The translations under genes and the position numbers were made by a program. The notes under the pieces were generated by a model. That model did no database searches. It was not told the origin of the DNA and saw only the letters and a list, made by a program, of their open reading frames with translations. Below are positions 46,731 through 64,000 of a DNA stretch of 64,000 nucleotides, one piece after another; the stretch's first letter is position 1, and each line of letters opens with the position of its first letter. This DNA comes from Amoebidium appalachense (lineage: Eukaryota; Protista; Ichthyosporea): contig CAVNZM010000018.1 of assembly GCA_963693365.1 (NCBI GenBank), positions 1,421,861-1,485,860 on the forward strand, given 5' to 3'.

Positions 46731-47710
46731 CCGACACGTTTCCACTAATTTCCACTAATTTCCACTTTCCGGCCATAATAAGTTTTGTCGCGCGGCTCGT
46801 TCCCCGTTTACTCCTTCTTTTGCCATGTTCTACGTTTCCATTTACAGTTCGTTTACACACACACATTTCCACTTTTTTCCACTTTACGACTCTTTTCAGC
46901 AGAGGCAGCAGACACATTCCACTAGTGCTAATCATTTCCACTTATACGAGTTTTTATGACTCTTTCCAGCAGTACACATTTATCTTTACAGGCACATACA
47001 AGAAGTCAAGGCAACTTGTTCCCCCTTTATTCCTTCTGGGAGGGGGATGTGCTGTTTATTATTCCTTCTCTCGCCATGTTCAACCCTTCCACTAAAGTTT
47101 TGTTTACGGCAGACACATTTCCACTGATTTCCCTCTGATTTCCACTTTAAATTCATCATTCTTATACACGCACACACCAGAAGTCCCATAACTTGTTCAC
47201 CGTTTATTCCTCCTTTCACGATTTCCACTTTTCACATCAGGACACATTTCCAAAGCACACAGTTCAAGCAGGGGAACCCAACTAGATGATTTTCTTTTTA
47301 GTTTACATGGTGCTTCATAGAGTAAGAAAACCCTTCAACTTTGGCATCACCCGACCCCCATGTCTTTGATCATACAATATGACGCTGAGGGGATATACCA
47401 GGCAACCCCCCCCCCCCCCCCCCCCCCCCCCACCACCACCCACTCACCCACCCAAATACCTGAGACTGGTCTCTCTGTGCCTCGAATAAACAGCGTAATT
47501 GCCCGCCTGATATTAAGTATGCCGTGTTTTACTTGCACCTCCATCGGCTGAATAAAATCAGTCAAAAGAAAAAAATAGTATATGACACTATCGACCGAAA
47601 TCAAGCAGTGTTCCAAGTTATGTTCATATTGTGGGTGCGTGGGTGCATGGGTGTGTGGGTGCACACGAATGTTTGTGTGTGGCCTGTGTGTTGGTGTACG
47701 GGTGCTTATT

Positions 47711-47783
<73 letters not shown>

Positions 47784-48653
47784 ATGCGTGTCTGCGCGCG
47801 CGCGAATGTGTCTGCAAGCACACACACGTTTGCGCGTGTGCGTAGAGCGGTAAGCATGCACCTGTGTGTCTTTGTGCGCTGCCAGCATGTCCGTGTGTGT
47901 TCAGGTAACCCATTATTGCGAGTGTGTCCTTGTATTTGTTAATTTTTTCCACACAAATGCACACTGCACTGTATTTTAAAAATTAATACATAAGTTGTGG
48001 GCTGACGCACCAGTGACACTGTTTAGATTTTTTTTATTAAACTTTACTGTATTACGAAAGGGGGCCCTACGTGTCGTACGAGAAAACTCTGTCAAGGGGT
48101 ATTTATGATTGGTCCAGATCGAATCCAGTTCGATCCGTTTAACCATATAAGGAAACTCCGAAAACTATTTTTACGAAAGGGGGCCCTACGTATACGGTTG
48201 TTTCTATTCGTGTTCAAAGGTGCTCTGGTCGAGAGTGTTATGGAGGAGTATAGAAGAAGGAATGGGGAGCTGCGTATTGTGTGTGTTGTGTGCACGTCAC
48301 CTACACAGCCACCGTGGCTCACATACATTCATACGTCTGTGTTAGAATGAACTTGTGTGTAGTATCGGTGCTCCCTCCCTTCATTTTCTTTATCGAATAT
48401 ACAATCATAAATTTTGTTCACTTTCTTGCTTGTTTGCAGCTCTAAATACAGTGTGATTTGGTACGGGTTTCAAGTCACGGTCGGACTGCAGATAAATTAC
48501 GGTATATATGTTTGTCAGATTGAAATCAAGGGTAATACTATGCATTCCTAACATATTTCGGCAAGATACCATTCATATATCTTTATACGTGCTAGGCAGA
48601 TCACGACACATGCATGCATAAGCGCGCGCGTGCGCGCGTGCGTGCGTGTGTGC

Positions 48654-48684
<31 letters not shown>

Positions 48685-49020
48685 CGTGTGTGTGCGTGTG
48701 CGAGTGTGTGTGTGTGCGTGTGCGTGTGTGTGCGTGCGAATGTATGTATGTGTGTGTGCGTGTTCGGGCGTGCGGATGTGCTTACGTTCGTGTGTGCGTG
48801 GGTGCTTGCATGCGTGCATTGGGGCGCGTGTGCGTGCGTGTGGGCGTCCATGCGCGTGCGCGCGCGCGCGTGTGTGTGTGTTTGTGCGATGTAAAGTGTT
48901 ATACAGAGAACCAAGAAAAAAGGTATTCAATAATGCCGTGGATAAGACCAGTCCATTCGTTCCAATCTTAGCGGCCAAAAAAGATCCACACAGTTTTCCA
49001 CAGCCCATTAAGGTATACTC

Positions 49021-49069
49021 GAATTCGGGTTGATTCGGGTTGATTCGGGGCAGTTCGGGTCGGTTCGGG

Positions 49070-49071
<2 letters not shown>
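49021..49071. repeat. Five copies of a 10-bp unit with TTCGGG core abutting the DCAF15-like stop codon
   Basis: Direct reading. Confidence 0.8.
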
Positions 49072-62725
<13,654 letters not shown>

Positions 62726-64000
62726 CTAAGTTACGGTATTCGATACAAGAAGAGAAAGGGAGTTGTTGCATGCATGTGTCCATGTTTTAGGGGGAGGGGA
62801 GGAGGGGGGAGGGGTGTGTGTGTGGGGGGGGGGGGGGGGGGGGGGGAGGACTGGTGGGCAAGGGGAGGGGGGAAGGGGGGGGGGGGAAGGGGGGGGAAGG
62901 GGGAGGGGGGGAGAGAGAGATGGGAGGGGGCTTTCGATGGTTGGTCTTATGAGAGCAAAGAGAGGGTAGAAACTGTGCAGAAATAAAAGGCGGAGGTGGC
63001 AGGCGGGGGGGGGGGGGGGGGGGGGGGGGGGAGGAAGGGGGAAGGAAGGAGGACTACTTTGGGGGGGGGGGGGGGGGGGGGGGGGGATGGATAAGGAGGC
63101 ATGTTGGTGGTAGTAGGGACTTTAGTAGTGGTAGTGGGAGGGATACAGTACAGCTTGCTTCTTTTGTTGTAGAAACTTCCTGTAGTCTCCCTGTTCCTTA
63201 ACGCCGTTGAAATGTTCCTTCGCCTAGCCATGTTTTCTGTAGAGCATCGTCGTGGAGAATTTCTGGTTGTATAGCTCACCCCTCTTTCGTTGTGTACAGG
63301 TGGGTTTTTTTGTAAACAGTGCTTTGGCCTCCTGCGGGTGTATATCCCAGTTTAACTTTCACCTTTAGTCTTTATTCAAGATAGCTTAGCGTGCTATTCA
63401 TTGGAGTTTCTTCCATTCTCAATCCAGGTTTTTATTCGTCCCGGATTTCGAGGGCTTTGTGTCAAAATGCGTAGATCACCCGTAAGGTCGAAGCCTTGTG
63501 AGTTAATTCTAATTCCTCTACTTGTCACTCTTTTTCAGTTCTTTCTCTCTCTCTCTTTCTTTCCTCACTCCCTCTCCCTCTCTCACACACCCACACCTCC
63601 TCTCTCCCTCGTCTCTCAGCCTTTGGCCACACTCCGAGGCCTAGGCTCCCGACAGCTATGCATGCCAACCGCCGAAGGAACCTCAGCGCTCTTTTTTCGC
63701 GCCAAAATCAGAAAAGTACGCCAAGATTGGGCGATCGATATCGATAAACTATATTTGGTTCACACTTGCGAGCCTCGGGAGTCAGTTGCGACGTGTACAG
63801 ACAGGCGACTCACGTGGCCCGTGTCCGATTACTCCGAGTTGACTCTGGTAGAGACAGCTTTTCCCTCTGCCCCCTCTAGATCTGTTATTCCCTCTAGTAG
63901 TAATAGTCTACCTGCTCTCCCTCACCGGCCATTCTACTGTGCATGAGGCTGCACATGCAAGGGGCTTCCTGCAGCTGCAGCCTAATAATATTAGATCTGC

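Noticed and set aside
63140-64000. 181-aa plus-strand ORF and stop-interrupted minus-strand frames
   Set aside because: No recognisable motifs, crosses a CT microsatellite, cannot be assigned from sequence alone

Overview
Repeat-rich, intron-rich eukaryotic DNA saturated with (CA)n/(GT)n and poly-C/poly-G tracts. The animal-like MRM1 and DCAF15 proteins weakly suggest an opisthokont, possibly a unicellular holozoan. Most of the ORF track is microsatellite noise. By hand I can reconstruct two spliced host genes: a 10-exon mitochondrial rRNA 2'-O-methyltransferase MRM1-like gene (+, 3874-17589, 461 aa) and a DCAF15-like gene (-, 62725-49070). An intron-containing MULE transposase runs off the left edge. 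Between the genes lies a 29-kb transposon nest. It holds a young Ty3/Gypsy LTR element (20038-34258, GAAGG TSD) interrupted by two independent copies of a non-autonomous LTR element, two LINE copies plus fragments, a complete pogo/Fot1-type DD35D transposon, MITEs and a dispersed repeat that looks like a LINE 3' UTR. The most unusual object is the Gypsy element. Its primer-binding position is complementary to the first 15-16 nt of tRNA-Ala rather than to a tRNA 3' end, its Gag frame carries a signal-like N-terminus and a transmembrane segment, and gag and pol are separated by one in-frame UAG followed by stem-loops. All alignments and family calls were made by eye from remembered motifs; no database search was run.
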